64,000 nucleotides of DNA from the IMG/VR virus record IMGVR_UViG_3300031112_000001; one strand, 5' to 3'. The notes under the pieces were generated by a model. The model ran no database searches and was not told the DNA's origin. It saw only the letters and a list, made by a program, of their open reading frames with translations. Positions 37,346 to 46,622 of the stretch are shown piece by piece. Origin of the DNA: a virus. The position numbers were made by a program, and so were the translations under genes. Every line of letters begins with the position of its first letter. Within the stretch, counting starts at the first letter, position 1.

Positions 37346-37423
37346 TCCCCCTTAGCGTCGAAAAGGCTTTCCAGTTTCTAAATTAAAGGGGGTGGCGTTG
37401 CCCACCCCAGAGGAAAAGAAAAG

Positions 37424-38695
37424 ATGAACTTTATTCAACAGAAACTCGCTCGTGAGTCCATCGAAGGAACCGGTACTGTCGTTCCAGACGGTCTGGAACT
37501 GCCAGCTGAGTCGGTAGAGGGTATCCTCGCTGATCTGGCGAACGATGACCGCGTTATCGACGGTAACGATGCTGACGCTGCTGTACTGGCAAGCGACGCC
37601 GATGAAACTGATGCACAGCTGGACGATGTCGACGCTGCTGCTGACGCTGCCGATCCGGAAAGCGAAACTCCGGAAGACGAAAAGATGGAAGCCGAAGAAG
37701 ACATGCCTGACTCCGCTGCGGAAGCACTGGACGTTGCGCAGGAGTCTATTCGTCGCCGTTGGGGTCTGGATAACCGCCAGTCTGTTGCGCGCGAAAGCTA
37801 TGGCGCTGCGAACCGTCGTCAGGTTGCTCGTGAATCGCTGTGGACCGATATCAAAGGTTTCCTGAAGCGTATCCTCGAGTGGCTGCAAGAGCAGGGTCGT
37901 AAACTGAAAGATCGTTGGCTGAAATTCAGCAACGTCGGCAAGTCCATTCAGGGCCGCGCTAAGAAATACGAAGCGCAGATCCGCGCACTGGGCAAGCAGA
38001 AGAAAGACACCATCTCTGGTTCTTTCGTTAAGCAACTGTCTGTCGGTGGCAAGTTCGTGGGTAACGAAACTGCCAAGCTGGATGAGCAGCTGAAAGTCTG
38101 CACCAGTCTGGTTGACCTGCTGGCTGAACTGACTCTGGTCGGTGAAGAAATGGTTAGCTCGCTGGAAGGCGCTGCCAACCCAGAAACCGCTTCACTGGCT
38201 TCTGCTAAGAAACTGGTCTCTATCGTTCGCGACCATGGTACTGGCGAAGAAGAGATGCTGGGCGGCAACAAGATGGTCGTTAAGACCGAAGGCGAAGGCG
38301 ACGAAGCAACTACCGTTATTTCGTACGTTGCGTCTGAAGCTGAAGGCGAAGCGTCTGTTCCAACTCCTAACCCGGGTCAGCTGGCCTCTGCTAACACCTT
38401 CTACAAGAAAGTGGGCGTAGAGCTGGAGAAACAGGTTCAGAACTACCGCAAAGTTGACACTGCGCGTGCTAAGTTCGAAGCTGAACTGACCAAACTGGTT
38501 AAGCGTGTTGACGATGTTAAAATCGACGACAAGCCGGGTCTGGCTCGTGCAGTCCGCATGGTTCGCCGTGGCGTCACTGGTATCAACGCCAGCGTCTCTT
38601 CTGCAGAGCGTGCGATTGCCATGATCCAGAAAAACCTGAGCGCTGGCCTGAACGGCTATATCGCTTCTGGTATCGCTGCACACGAAAAAGGTTAA
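37424..38695 (+). CDS. paralog B of tandem 423-aa protein pair; candidate protease-processed head/internal protein
   Basis: Identical length to paralog A and the same conserved blocks. A-x-E|S sites at LARE|S, VAQE|S, VARE|S (x2). Terminator at 38716-38748. Confidence 0.8.
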   Translation: MNFIQQKLARESIEGTGTVVPDGLELPAESVEGILADLANDDRVIDGNDADAAVLASDADETDAQLDDVDAAADAADPESETPEDEKMEAEEDMPDSAAEALDVAQESIRRRWGLDNRQSVARESYGAANRRQVARESLWTDIKGFLKRILEWLQEQGRKLKDRWLKFSNVGKSIQGRAKKYEAQIRALGKQKKDTISGSFVKQLSVGGKFVGNETAKLDEQLKVCTSLVDLLAELTLVGEEMVSSLEGAANPETASLASAKKLVSIVRDHGTGEEEMLGGNKMVVKTEGEGDEATTVISYVASEAEGEASVPTPNPGQLASANTFYKKVGVELEKQVQNYRKVDTARAKFEAELTKLVKRVDDVKIDDKPGLARAVRMVRRGVTGINASVSSAERAIAMIQKNLSAGLNGYIASGIAAHEKG

Positions 38696-38715
38696 TCCCT
38701 TTTAGTGTCGGGAAA

Positions 38716-38748
38716 CCCCACTCTTCGGAGTGGGGATTCTTTCTTTTA
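38716..38748 (+). terminator. rho-independent terminator (UUCG loop)
   Basis: CCCCACTC-ttcg-GAGTGGGG then ATTCTTTCTTTTA. Confidence 0.85.
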
Positions 38749-38761
38749 TTCGACCGAATCT

Positions 38762-38785
38762 GAGATAGATATCATTTAGGTGAGG
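38762..38785 (+). promoter_or_regulatory. promoter-like motif copy 4
   Basis: GAGATAGATATCATTTAGGTGAGG; after terminator 38716-38748, 64 nt before ATG 38849. Confidence 0.55.
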
Positions 38786-38848
38786 TAACACAATGACCTT
38801 TTTTACACGAGACCTATTCCATTATGTAATCGCAAGGAGATTTAACCC

Positions 38849-39469
38849 ATGAACTATAACCTGCTCTCTGTAATCGACGTAACGGGCAACACTGCAGACC
38901 TGCGTGATGCTAAAGTCTTTGAGTTGCATTTCGAACATCAAGCACCATTACGTGTACCGCGTCCGGTTATGCTTGGCATCGCCTCTTTCGTACAAGCCTG
39001 CTACGCTCGCGACACGCAGAGCGCTACCCTCCACTACAACAGCCGTACCTTCACACTGGACCAGAAGTGTGACTTCGAAACATACAAGCGCTTACAGCCA
39101 CTCTACAAGTGGGCCGTTGCCGCCGGTATGGAATACATGCACAAAACCGCCAGCCGTGACTACAGTAAGTTTGAACACTTCTACCGCAAACACGTTGCCC
39201 GTGTGCCGGAAGTCATGGACGGTTATCTGACCGTGGTAACTGAACTCTCGTTCGATAAAGCCGACATGCAGATGTCGTTGGATATCGAACAACGTCTGAT
39301 GAATGAACATCTGTTGGACGAAGCGAACGGTGCCATCGAGCCTGAACGTATCACCCATGCTCGGGTAACGAATTTGTCCAGTGCGAAGGAACGACTGATT
39401 ACCGCCCAACCGTTGACATTGCCACAGTTGGTGATTCATCGTAAGAGCTCCGTCCAGTCTCAATTCTAA
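38849..39469 (+). CDS. hypothetical protein (206 aa)
   Basis: Downstream of promoter-like motif 38762-38785. AAGGAG RBS; terminator follows. Confidence 0.75.
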   Translation: MNYNLLSVIDVTGNTADLRDAKVFELHFEHQAPLRVPRPVMLGIASFVQACYARDTQSATLHYNSRTFTLDQKCDFETYKRLQPLYKWAVAAGMEYMHKTASRDYSKFEHFYRKHVARVPEVMDGYLTVVTELSFDKADMQMSLDIEQRLMNEHLLDEANGAIEPERITHARVTNLSSAKERLITAQPLTLPQLVIHRKSSVQSQF

Positions 39470-39477
39470 TCAACATG

Positions 39478-39504
39478 CCCCACTTCGGTGGGGTTAGTTT
39501 TTTT
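39478..39504 (+). terminator. rho-independent terminator (UUCG loop)
   Basis: CCCCAC-ttcg-GTGGGG then TTAGTTTTTTT; abuts GTAAGGAGTAAT. Confidence 0.85.
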
Positions 39505-39519
39505 GTAAGGAGTAATCAA

Positions 39520-39858
39520 ATGTCTCGCCCAGTATTAGAGTTCCCTGCTCAGTCCTTGTATAACGTTCACGGGTTGATTTTCAAACTCGGTGACATCGAC
39601 TACGACTTGGACGTTGAATCTGTCAGAGAGGCAATTGAGAAGCTCGCTGATAAAGACTTCCAAGGTCAACTCACCGTGAAGCTGCACCGTAGCACCCACG
39701 GCACGGGTCGTCTGCTGCACATTGAAATCCATGCATTGAGCATTGAGGTCGAACCGCGTTATGCGCAGTTCATTGACTTCAGTGACACGGTGCAAGTCCA
39801 CAAACTCGAACGTCGTAATCTCCTGAGCGCCATGCGTGCCGGATTAGGGAACCTGTAA
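39520..39858 (+). CDS. hypothetical protein (112 aa)
   Basis: ATG at 39520 directly after GTAAGGAGTAAT. The track start at 39475 lies inside the terminator. Confidence 0.7.
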   Translation: MSRPVLEFPAQSLYNVHGLIFKLGDIDYDLDVESVREAIEKLADKDFQGQLTVKLHRSTHGTGRLLHIEIHALSIEVEPRYAQFIDFSDTVQVHKLERRNLLSAMRAGLGNL

Positions 39859-40383
39859 ATGAAAATAACCGTAATTGCTGCCGTGGACCGTAACTGGGGT
39901 CTGGGCAAAGACAACAAACTGGCGTGGCGTTTACCGCGTGACTTCCAGTGGTTTAAAGAACAGACCATGGGCAAGATGGTGGTGATGGGCCGCAAGACTT
40001 TCGAGTCGATTGGTTCCAAGCCGCTGCCCAATCGCCGTAACTGGGTGATTACCCGCGACAGCAAAAACGTGGTGCCTGCGAAGGGTACCGAATACGGTGT
40101 GGGGATTATCACCAAGCCGGATGAACTCTTACTCATTGCTGATAGCTGGCATGAAAAAGAAGTGGTTATCATTGGCGGGGCTGAGGTCTACGAGATGTAC
40201 CTCGAGCACGCTGACCGCATTCTGATTACGCATGTTGATACCGAGATTGAGGGTGGGGCTGATGCCATCTTCCCGCAGTTCGATGTCACGGCGTACAAAG
40301 AGCGTACCCTGTTACACGTCGAGGCCGACGATAAACACGCCCACAGCTTCACCATCGTTGAATACACTAAAATCACTGAGTAA
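39859..40383 (+). CDS. folA: dihydrofolate reductase
   Basis: MKITVIAAVDRNWGLGKDNKLAWRLPRDFQWFKEQTMGKMVVMGRKTFESIG-KPLPNRRNWVITR closely parallels bacterial DHFR ([59 protein letters not shown]). Confidence 0.9.
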   Translation: MKITVIAAVDRNWGLGKDNKLAWRLPRDFQWFKEQTMGKMVVMGRKTFESIGSKPLPNRRNWVITRDSKNVVPAKGTEYGVGIITKPDELLLIADSWHEKEVVIIGGAEVYEMYLEHADRILITHVDTEIEGGADAIFPQFDVTAYKERTLLHVEADDKHAHSFTIVEYTKITE

Positions 40384-40392
40384 GGATTAATC

Positions 40393-40692
40393 ATGGAACT
40401 GAACGTATCGCATCCGGGTGCCATTGAGCGCGCCATTCAAGAACTCGAAGGCATCATCGTTATTATCCGTCGCCGTCCTGAGGACTGGATTGAATCATTT
40501 GTTTACAAGCGTGCATCCCGTCACGACATCACCGTGCTGGAGTTCCTTGAGAACCGTCTGGGGCCGCTGGGCATTAAGCCGGAAGAAGTGGTGGTGGTTG
40601 ACGGTAATCACCAGTTCACGTGGGGTAACCTGTGCAGCAAGATAACCATGGGCTATCTGCGCGATACGTTTAAAGAAAAAGTGGAAGGGTGA
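40393..40692 (+). CDS. hypothetical protein (99 aa)
   Basis: TAAGGATTAATC RBS block. Confidence 0.65.
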   Translation: MELNVSHPGAIERAIQELEGIIVIIRRRPEDWIESFVYKRASRHDITVLEFLENRLGPLGIKPEEVVVVDGNHQFTWGNLCSKITMGYLRDTFKEKVEG

Positions 40693-40736
40693 TTCTGGCG
40701 GGTTGATACTATGTCATTGGCCAAGAGGACAACCGC

Positions 40737-41174
40737 ATGTATCGACCCGAAGAAGGACTCGGTACCTCGTTGAGTCACCTGATGATTGAAGTGGGTACGG
40801 GGACAGATTTAATCCGTCACTTTAACTCACTTCCTCAGGTGCATTTCACCGAGGCGCAATACCTGTGTATCGCACTCTGGTTCCGACTGATACTCGAGGG
40901 GAAAACCCGCAAACCTTTAGCCATCCCCCGTAATGGGCCGACTATCACGGTTGGTGTGCCGTTGGACTTAAGCAAGTTCATCTGGTTATACGACTTTGTG
41001 AAGGCGGGTGTGTTGGTGTCTGTGTCCGCAGGCCAACATGAGGAGTACGGCAAGGGTGAGAAATGGTATCTCATGGACGAACGGGGTACGAAGTGGCGCA
41101 AGCAAGGTCAGACAGTGCAGCTCTGGCACTATCCGAAACTGGCGCACATTTTACTCGTGGGTGTTGACAACTAA
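40737..41174 (+). CDS. hypothetical protein (145 aa)
   Basis: AGAGGA RBS; terminator at 41178-41206. Confidence 0.7.
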   Translation: MYRPEEGLGTSLSHLMIEVGTGTDLIRHFNSLPQVHFTEAQYLCIALWFRLILEGKTRKPLAIPRNGPTITVGVPLDLSKFIWLYDFVKAGVLVSVSAGQHEEYGKGEKWYLMDERGTKWRKQGQTVQLWHYPKLAHILLVGVDN

Positions 41175-41177
41175 GAC

Positions 41178-41206
41178 AGGGGACTTCGGTCCCCTCTTTT
41201 TTATTT
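41178..41206 (+). terminator. rho-independent terminator (UUCG loop)
   Basis: AGGGGAC-ttcg-GTCCCCT then CTTTTTTATTT. Confidence 0.85.
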
Positions 41207-41219
41207 GGAAGGATTGGCC

Positions 41220-41840
41220 ATGACTAAGAAAATGTTAAAGCGTAAAGACTTTATTAAACACCTCTCTGAGTTCGAAGGCATCGACCTCAACATAACCGGC
41301 GATGACAATGAAGAGTTCAGCCAATATGACGGCGGGTGTAACATCGGCAAGCTTAGCCTCAACGCACGCGTCGTGAAGCTCTTAGAACGGCTGGAACTGT
41401 ATCAGAAGATTCAACCCGAGCGGGTGTACATTGAGATGCCGCTGGGCGCAACACGTGGCGATGTCCTGATTACCTGTGAAAGCGATATCCGCATGGGCAC
41501 ACTGCGCAAGATGCGTAACGAGTCACTGGTGATAAATTCACAAACGTTGCACGGCTATAAGGTCTGGCTCTCTCCAGAGCTCGAAGAGCACATTGGTCAC
41601 AACGCTGTTAAGGTCACGGGCTTCTATGTCTTTGAGAAGGCGATGGTAACCACAACCGAGCACCCACAGCAGGGTGAGGTGTTCGACGTGAAACACGACA
41701 TGCGGTTGTTGTGGCTAGTAGCCGAAGCCGCTAAAACCCAACTCATCAAAGATGACGTGGTGGCGACACTGAAGGGTGACACCTTCACGGTTGGTGAACA
41801 GGAGTTTAAACGGTACGTTTCCCGCGGGTTCGGACTGTAA
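41220..41840 (+). CDS. hypothetical protein (206 aa)
   Basis: ATG at 41220 with GGAAGGA upstream; terminator at 41845-41874. Confidence 0.7.
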   Translation: MTKKMLKRKDFIKHLSEFEGIDLNITGDDNEEFSQYDGGCNIGKLSLNARVVKLLERLELYQKIQPERVYIEMPLGATRGDVLITCESDIRMGTLRKMRNESLVINSQTLHGYKVWLSPELEEHIGHNAVKVTGFYVFEKAMVTTTEHPQQGEVFDVKHDMRLLWLVAEAAKTQLIKDDVVATLKGDTFTVGEQEFKRYVSRGFGL

Positions 41841-41844
41841 ACAG

Positions 41845-41874
41845 ACAGGGGTCTTCGGACTCCTGTTTTTTTTT
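41845..41874 (+). terminator. rho-independent terminator (UUCG loop)
   Basis: ACAGGGGTC-ttcg-GACTCCTGT then T9. Confidence 0.85.
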
Positions 41875-41916
41875 GCGTATCCAGCCAGTTTTATGAGCTA
41901 ATGAGGAGACACCCCA

Positions 41917-43419
41917 ATGCAACAGTATTTTGAGATTCCTTCATTAGACCAGACCATTCGAAAAGCCATCGTGGACGGTATTGTTCATCGTGCGTTAAAT
42001 GAATCGGGAATCGCGAAAGCAGAAATCATCTACAATGATGACCGCTTCAAGACAACCCATCAGGTCGGGTCTACCGAGGGCGAGGAAACCACGGCCTCCT
42101 ATGCAGGCACCGACCGTGTCTATATCAGTGTGGTTGAAGAACGCGACGAGTACGCACGGATCAATCGCCAAATCGGCATGAACGTTCATATCCCGTTCTT
42201 TGCTAACAGCGACGACCAAGTCCACGCTGCACCGACCACCTGTGGCTATGACGTCACCGTCACCCTAACGCGCCACAATCAATCAGAGGACGAGTTACAC
42301 CGCTGGGTGAACCGTCTTAACGCTTTACAGGATATGGGCCGCTACAGCCTGATGGCGGAGTCTGAGGCCTATTACATTATCCCTAAGACAGCACTGCAGT
42401 TACTGAACGCGTGTTACGTCGCGGCAAACACCCGTGTGCCGAAGCACGAGAGCTTCCCCGAGTACCTCAAAGCGTATTTCGGTAAAGAAGTCACCCGTAT
42501 CTCGAACGTGGCCGGTGGACAGGAGTCACTGGCGGTGCGCTTTGCACCAACCCGTGTGGAGCTTGTGTATTCAACTGAACCCCCGACGTGGGATAAGGAT
42601 GAAAACCACTATGAAGCCGCTTTCACCATCAAGTTCTTTTACCAGCCGCCAGAAGAGGTGGTGGTCTCGTATCCGTACATTATTAACCAAACGCCATTAC
42701 CGGACGTCTGGTGGCCGGACATCGACGGGCCGTGGGTAAGCAACGAGGAATACGTGCGCCGTTCCCAGCAACAGCAGAACCTCGACGGGACGTGGTGGGT
42801 CAACGAGAAACGGGCACTGATTCAGCTCCCCTACCTGTTGGCCCCGAAAGAACAGTTCCAGCGGTTACACTATCCGTGCAAGGAAAGCCTGTTACCTATC
42901 TTTGGTACCGACGTTGCCTTTGATGAAGATAACATGCTTGACCCGGTGGTGTTTAACACAGCCGACCTGCCGTATCGTTGGAACGATGCCTTGCAGCCGT
43001 ACATCGACCACTGTCGCCGTATTGACCGCACGGGTATGACCGGGATGTTCCGCTTCCTCGCGTTCGAAGAGGGGGCGTTAATCGAGCCGAAGCTGTATCA
43101 CTGGGAGGACGGTAACTTCCAGTTACGGCGTCGCCAGAACGTCACCAAGAACTACTTCGTGTTGGAAACGGTGGTGTCTGATTGGCGTAACGTGGACTTG
43201 TATCCGCTGCATCTGTATCCGCGTGCAGCTGAGGTCTTAATCAAGTGGTTGTTCCCTGAATGGAACACGCCGGATTGGTGGTGGGACTTACCGCGTCTTC
43301 CTCCATCCGTGATTGATAAGATTCCGCGTGACAAACTCAAAGACCGGGATTACTACCTGACCATCTTTAACACCGGCATCCTGACTATCGAAGGAGTAGA
43401 GCATGCTGAAGTCGAGTAA
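41917..43419 (+). CDS. hypothetical protein (500 aa)
   Basis: GAGGAG RBS. First gene of a tightly coupled five-gene block (41917-47423). Confidence 0.75.
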   Translation: MQQYFEIPSLDQTIRKAIVDGIVHRALNESGIAKAEIIYNDDRFKTTHQVGSTEGEETTASYAGTDRVYISVVEERDEYARINRQIGMNVHIPFFANSDDQVHAAPTTCGYDVTVTLTRHNQSEDELHRWVNRLNALQDMGRYSLMAESEAYYIIPKTALQLLNACYVAANTRVPKHESFPEYLKAYFGKEVTRISNVAGGQESLAVRFAPTRVELVYSTEPPTWDKDENHYEAAFTIKFFYQPPEEVVVSYPYIINQTPLPDVWWPDIDGPWVSNEEYVRRSQQQQNLDGTWWVNEKRALIQLPYLLAPKEQFQRLHYPCKESLLPIFGTDVAFDEDNMLDPVVFNTADLPYRWNDALQPYIDHCRRIDRTGMTGMFRFLAFEEGALIEPKLYHWEDGNFQLRRRQNVTKNYFVLETVVSDWRNVDLYPLHLYPRAAEVLIKWLFPEWNTPDWWWDLPRLPPSVIDKIPRDKLKDRDYYLTIFNTGILTIEGVEHAEVE

Positions 43420-44728
43420 GTCAGGGGCCGACTGGCAGCCTGTCAAACCCACAGCCCCCGAACTGGTACAAGCGCAGGACGGGGTTAAGGAAGCGTCCAA
43501 CATCGTCACGGAACCACTGCGTACCACGGTGATGGATTTGCAGCGTGTGTCTAAACAGCACCTGTTGCAATACGTGACCGGCTCGTCGTGGACAGTGACC
43601 TTCTATCATCTGCTGAAAGGCAAGAACGACCCAATAGTTATCTTTGACCCCAAGGTCGATAACCCAACACAGCAGCTTGAGAAAATCAACAACCTTGAGC
43701 TGCGTGTTACCACCGCCCTACAGCGCAGTCAGGAGTCGGACAACCGGACGTTTACCATTACGGGTGCCGCAACGCTTGTCAACTCCATCCCGCCGAACGT
43801 ACATGACTGCTTTGTGGCCGAGATGGATGGCGGGCGTCTGGGCTTCTTTAACATCACTTCCTCCGTGCGTGGTTCCGATAACAAAATCGCGACCTACGAC
43901 ATTGAGTACACGATGCTCTATGAAGTCACGCCACAGATGGCACTGGTTATCAAAGCCTGTACCGTGCGCGAGTATTACTACGTGCGGGAACGTGCGTGGT
44001 GGGGTGAGGACACGCTGTTAAAGCCGGATGAGTGGAACGAGTTCATGCGTGTGGAACGACTGCTCCTGGATATCGAGCAGACGTATGTCAAACGCTACTA
44101 CGACCATGAAACCCAAACCCTGAAATTCCCGGAAGATGAGTACCGGGTGTACGATGTCTTCTTGGCACGGTTCGTGCGGGCCATTGGTCTGACGATGCCG
44201 GGGCATGACATCCGTATCTATCCGCACCCGCCGAAGCAGGCGAACGATATCGAAACCTTCTGGGATGCGATTATCAACCAGAGCGGAACGTTCCTTGAGG
44301 ACTACAACCGACGCTGTGCGTGTTTCTCGGTGAAGACCTTCCGGGTGTTGCAGATGATGAACACCATCGGCTGGTCAAAGTTCCAAGCGACCCTGTTCTT
44401 CACGGCCGATAACAAGTACGCCACCTACCCGTACAACTTCCCGGGCTTTGCAGGCTTTGTGCCTGAGAGCATTAACTACCGTGGAAACGTCGGGGAATCC
44501 CTGCCGGCCTTCGGTGTTCCAACACTCACTCCGTATATCCTGAGTGAGGCGTTTTACAAGGGCAGTTACACCAACGTGCTTGAGTGGGCGTTGCACCTCT
44601 TTATCAAACAGCAACCGATATCCCCGATGCCAATTATCCTGTTGGCGGAGATGTTACGGACGCTGCCGAAGACGGCGCAGTTCTACTACACCCCGCTGGT
44701 TTACGTGCTCCTCCGTTACGTGAGGTAG
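43403..44728 (+). CDS. hypothetical protein (441 aa)
   Basis: AAGGAG RBS located inside the upstream gene's 3' end; 17-nt overlap. Confidence 0.75.
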   Translation: MLKSSKSGADWQPVKPTAPELVQAQDGVKEASNIVTEPLRTTVMDLQRVSKQHLLQYVTGSSWTVTFYHLLKGKNDPIVIFDPKVDNPTQQLEKINNLELRVTTALQRSQESDNRTFTITGAATLVNSIPPNVHDCFVAEMDGGRLGFFNITSSVRGSDNKIATYDIEYTMLYEVTPQMALVIKACTVREYYYVRERAWWGEDTLLKPDEWNEFMRVERLLLDIEQTYVKRYYDHETQTLKFPEDEYRVYDVFLARFVRAIGLTMPGHDIRIYPHPPKQANDIETFWDAIINQSGTFLEDYNRRCACFSVKTFRVLQMMNTIGWSKFQATLFFTADNKYATYPYNFPGFAGFVPESINYRGNVGESLPAFGVPTLTPYILSEAFYKGSYTNVLEWALHLFIKQQPISPMPIILLAEMLRTLPKTAQFYYTPLVYVLLRYVR

Positions 44729-44730
44729 TA

Positions 44731-45276
44731 ATGACCAAGAAGTTTAGCCCCGCCTTCCATTTGTTTCACAGCTGGGTAAGCTGGCGTGTGCCGGCTTATG
44801 CAACGTTGACCGAATACGCCCTGCAAGAGCACGGTGTCTTTTTGCCGGAAGACAAGAAGAAGGCCAACGCCATCCTGCACGACCGTAAGATGATAATGGC
44901 CCGTCCATTTGAAATTGCGGAGTATCTGTCGCAGGGTATGCCGCTGGACATCAATGACCCAACCGATGCTATCAAAGTGTATGGCTGGATAATGGAGCAC
45001 ATGGCAAACTGGATAACCTTTTCCAGTAACCCGTCGCTGATTAGCCGCCGTATCCCGATAGAAGGAATGCGTGAGTTTAACAACCTTGCGAATAAACTCT
45101 TTCCAGTGGCGCACCGCTATGGCTATTTCCGTAAAGCCGAAGTCACCATGTCAGATTCGTTGCAGTCGTTCTTTGGGTTAGAGGTGAAAGCCTCCAAAGA
45201 TGAACACCGCTTTAACGATACCCTGATCCGGCGTTTGGAATCTGCAGCCCGCTTCCAATCTCGAGGACCGCGATAA
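44731..45276 (+). CDS. hypothetical protein (181 aa)
   Basis: ATG at 44731 (MTKKFSPAF), 2 nt after the previous stop, with a GAGG RBS. Confidence 0.7.
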   Translation: MTKKFSPAFHLFHSWVSWRVPAYATLTEYALQEHGVFLPEDKKKANAILHDRKMIMARPFEIAEYLSQGMPLDINDPTDAIKVYGWIMEHMANWITFSSNPSLISRRIPIEGMREFNNLANKLFPVAHRYGYFRKAEVTMSDSLQSFFGLEVKASKDEHRFNDTLIRRLESAARFQSRGPR

Positions 45277-46580
45277 TGTTTGATAGGTTCCAGACAATTG
45301 TCAACAGCCACATCAGTCGGGCAATTGGGGCACCTGCCATCAACTACAGTGCTATCGTCAGCATCAAGGGCATCACGCTTAAGGTGCTGAAGGTTCGGGA
45401 CGTCATCCACAGCAGTAACTTCGTGGGGGCGGTCTCAACGATAACGCACATCACGATGGCCGTCCCCACCTCCCAAATGCGTTTACTGACGACGCGTGCT
45501 AACGGGAACATGAACGTCAAGCTGTTAACCTTGGTCGGGGAGAAAATCCTGAACACGGTGAACTACAACGGCGTGGTAGTGAGTAACCGTGACCCGGACA
45601 TGGAATCCCAGACGATGTTTGTTGGGGAGTCGGATGATAAATCGGTGGCTATCGTCACACTGGAGCTGATGCCCGCTTCACTGTGGTACCAGCGCCTGAA
45701 GAACGTGGGTGGAACGTACCACGGCACCGATGGGTTAACGCTGCTGCGTAAGCTCTTGGTCGACACCTTGCCCAATCAGCAAGCCGAAGCCGGTATCGTG
45801 CACTCGATTCAGTACGAGACAGAAGAGCAACAGCTTTATCGCGACATGGTCATCCCTGACTCGGTGACCTTCTTGGAGGTATTTGATTACATTCAGGAAA
45901 AGTACGGGGTGTATGCGAAAGGCTTGGGCGTGTTCCAGTATTTCAATAACTGGTTCCTGTTCAAGCCCTACGATGAAACCAAGTTCAATAAAGCCGGTTT
46001 AAAACTGGTGGTGATGAACCTGCCCCGTGAGCGTGCGGCTAACATCGACCGGACGCTACACAGCGATGCCAGTGTGCGGTATATCATCACAGGCGGCGAT
46101 ACGCTCACAGAAGACCAGCAGGACCAGTTGTCGCTCAATCAGGGCACCGGTTATCGGGTTGGGTCTGTCAGGGCCTTAGACGGGCGCTCTAGCTCGTTTA
46201 CGCCGGGGGATGTCTCTAAGACCACCTCGGATAAGTTTGTCTCGCAGGCTGCGCCCAACAAACACGCTTCTGGCTTAGTGAATGCCCCGGTACTGAAAAA
46301 GCATTACGCTGACCACGACAAAGACATTCGTTCCAAACTTGCCATGCGTGATGGGATGATTGTAAAGGTGACGTGGAATCAGTCGATGCCCAATATTGTG
46401 TACCCGGGTATGCCCGTGAAGTTCATGTACGCCAACGACGTTGGTATGTACACGCGGTTTGGTACCGTTTTGGGTGAGGTGTATCACGCCTCGGTGGATG
46501 GGCAGACGTTGGCCTCCGGTCGCTTTAACAGCCAGACCGAACTGACGCTGTGGCTCTCCAACTCAAAAATAACAAACTGA
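45276..46580 (+). CDS. hypothetical protein (434 aa)
   Basis: TAATG-type start/stop overlap with the upstream gene. Confidence 0.75.
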   Translation: MFDRFQTIVNSHISRAIGAPAINYSAIVSIKGITLKVLKVRDVIHSSNFVGAVSTITHITMAVPTSQMRLLTTRANGNMNVKLLTLVGEKILNTVNYNGVVVSNRDPDMESQTMFVGESDDKSVAIVTLELMPASLWYQRLKNVGGTYHGTDGLTLLRKLLVDTLPNQQAEAGIVHSIQYETEEQQLYRDMVIPDSVTFLEVFDYIQEKYGVYAKGLGVFQYFNNWFLFKPYDETKFNKAGLKLVVMNLPRERAANIDRTLHSDASVRYIITGGDTLTEDQQDQLSLNQGTGYRVGSVRALDGRSSSFTPGDVSKTTSDKFVSQAAPNKHASGLVNAPVLKKHYADHDKDIRSKLAMRDGMIVKVTWNQSMPNIVYPGMPVKFMYANDVGMYTRFGTVLGEVYHASVDGQTLASGRFNSQTELTLWLSNSKITN

Positions 46581-46622
46581 TGTTCTATTATGAAACTAAC
46601 ACCCTTTAAGGATTGATGAAAC

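Larger units (their letters stand above)
36074..38720 (+). repeat. Tandem gene duplication (two ~1.35-kb units)
   Basis: The two 1272-nt ORFs are homologous. Similarity continues ~20 nt past both stops: TAATCCCCCTTAGCGTCGAAAA versus TAATCCCTTTTAGTGTCGGGAAA. Confidence 0.8.

Noticed and set aside
37389-37408. Hairpin between the tandem paralogs as a terminator
   Set aside because: The 8-bp stem has a bulge and no T-run; it is followed by AGAGGAAAAG (the RBS). It is more likely a 5' leader structure or processing site than an intrinsic terminator.
37352-38035. 227-aa minus-strand ORF antisense to tandem paralog B (similar cases: 33529-34170, 34298-34975, 21151-21780, 8503-9099, 9874-10440, 55469-56074, 11508-12083, 19210-19731)
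   Set aside because: All lie entirely within stronger + strand CDSs, lack SD sequences, and have low-complexity Ser/Arg/Val-rich translations. They are a by-product of codon bias leaving the antisense frame open.
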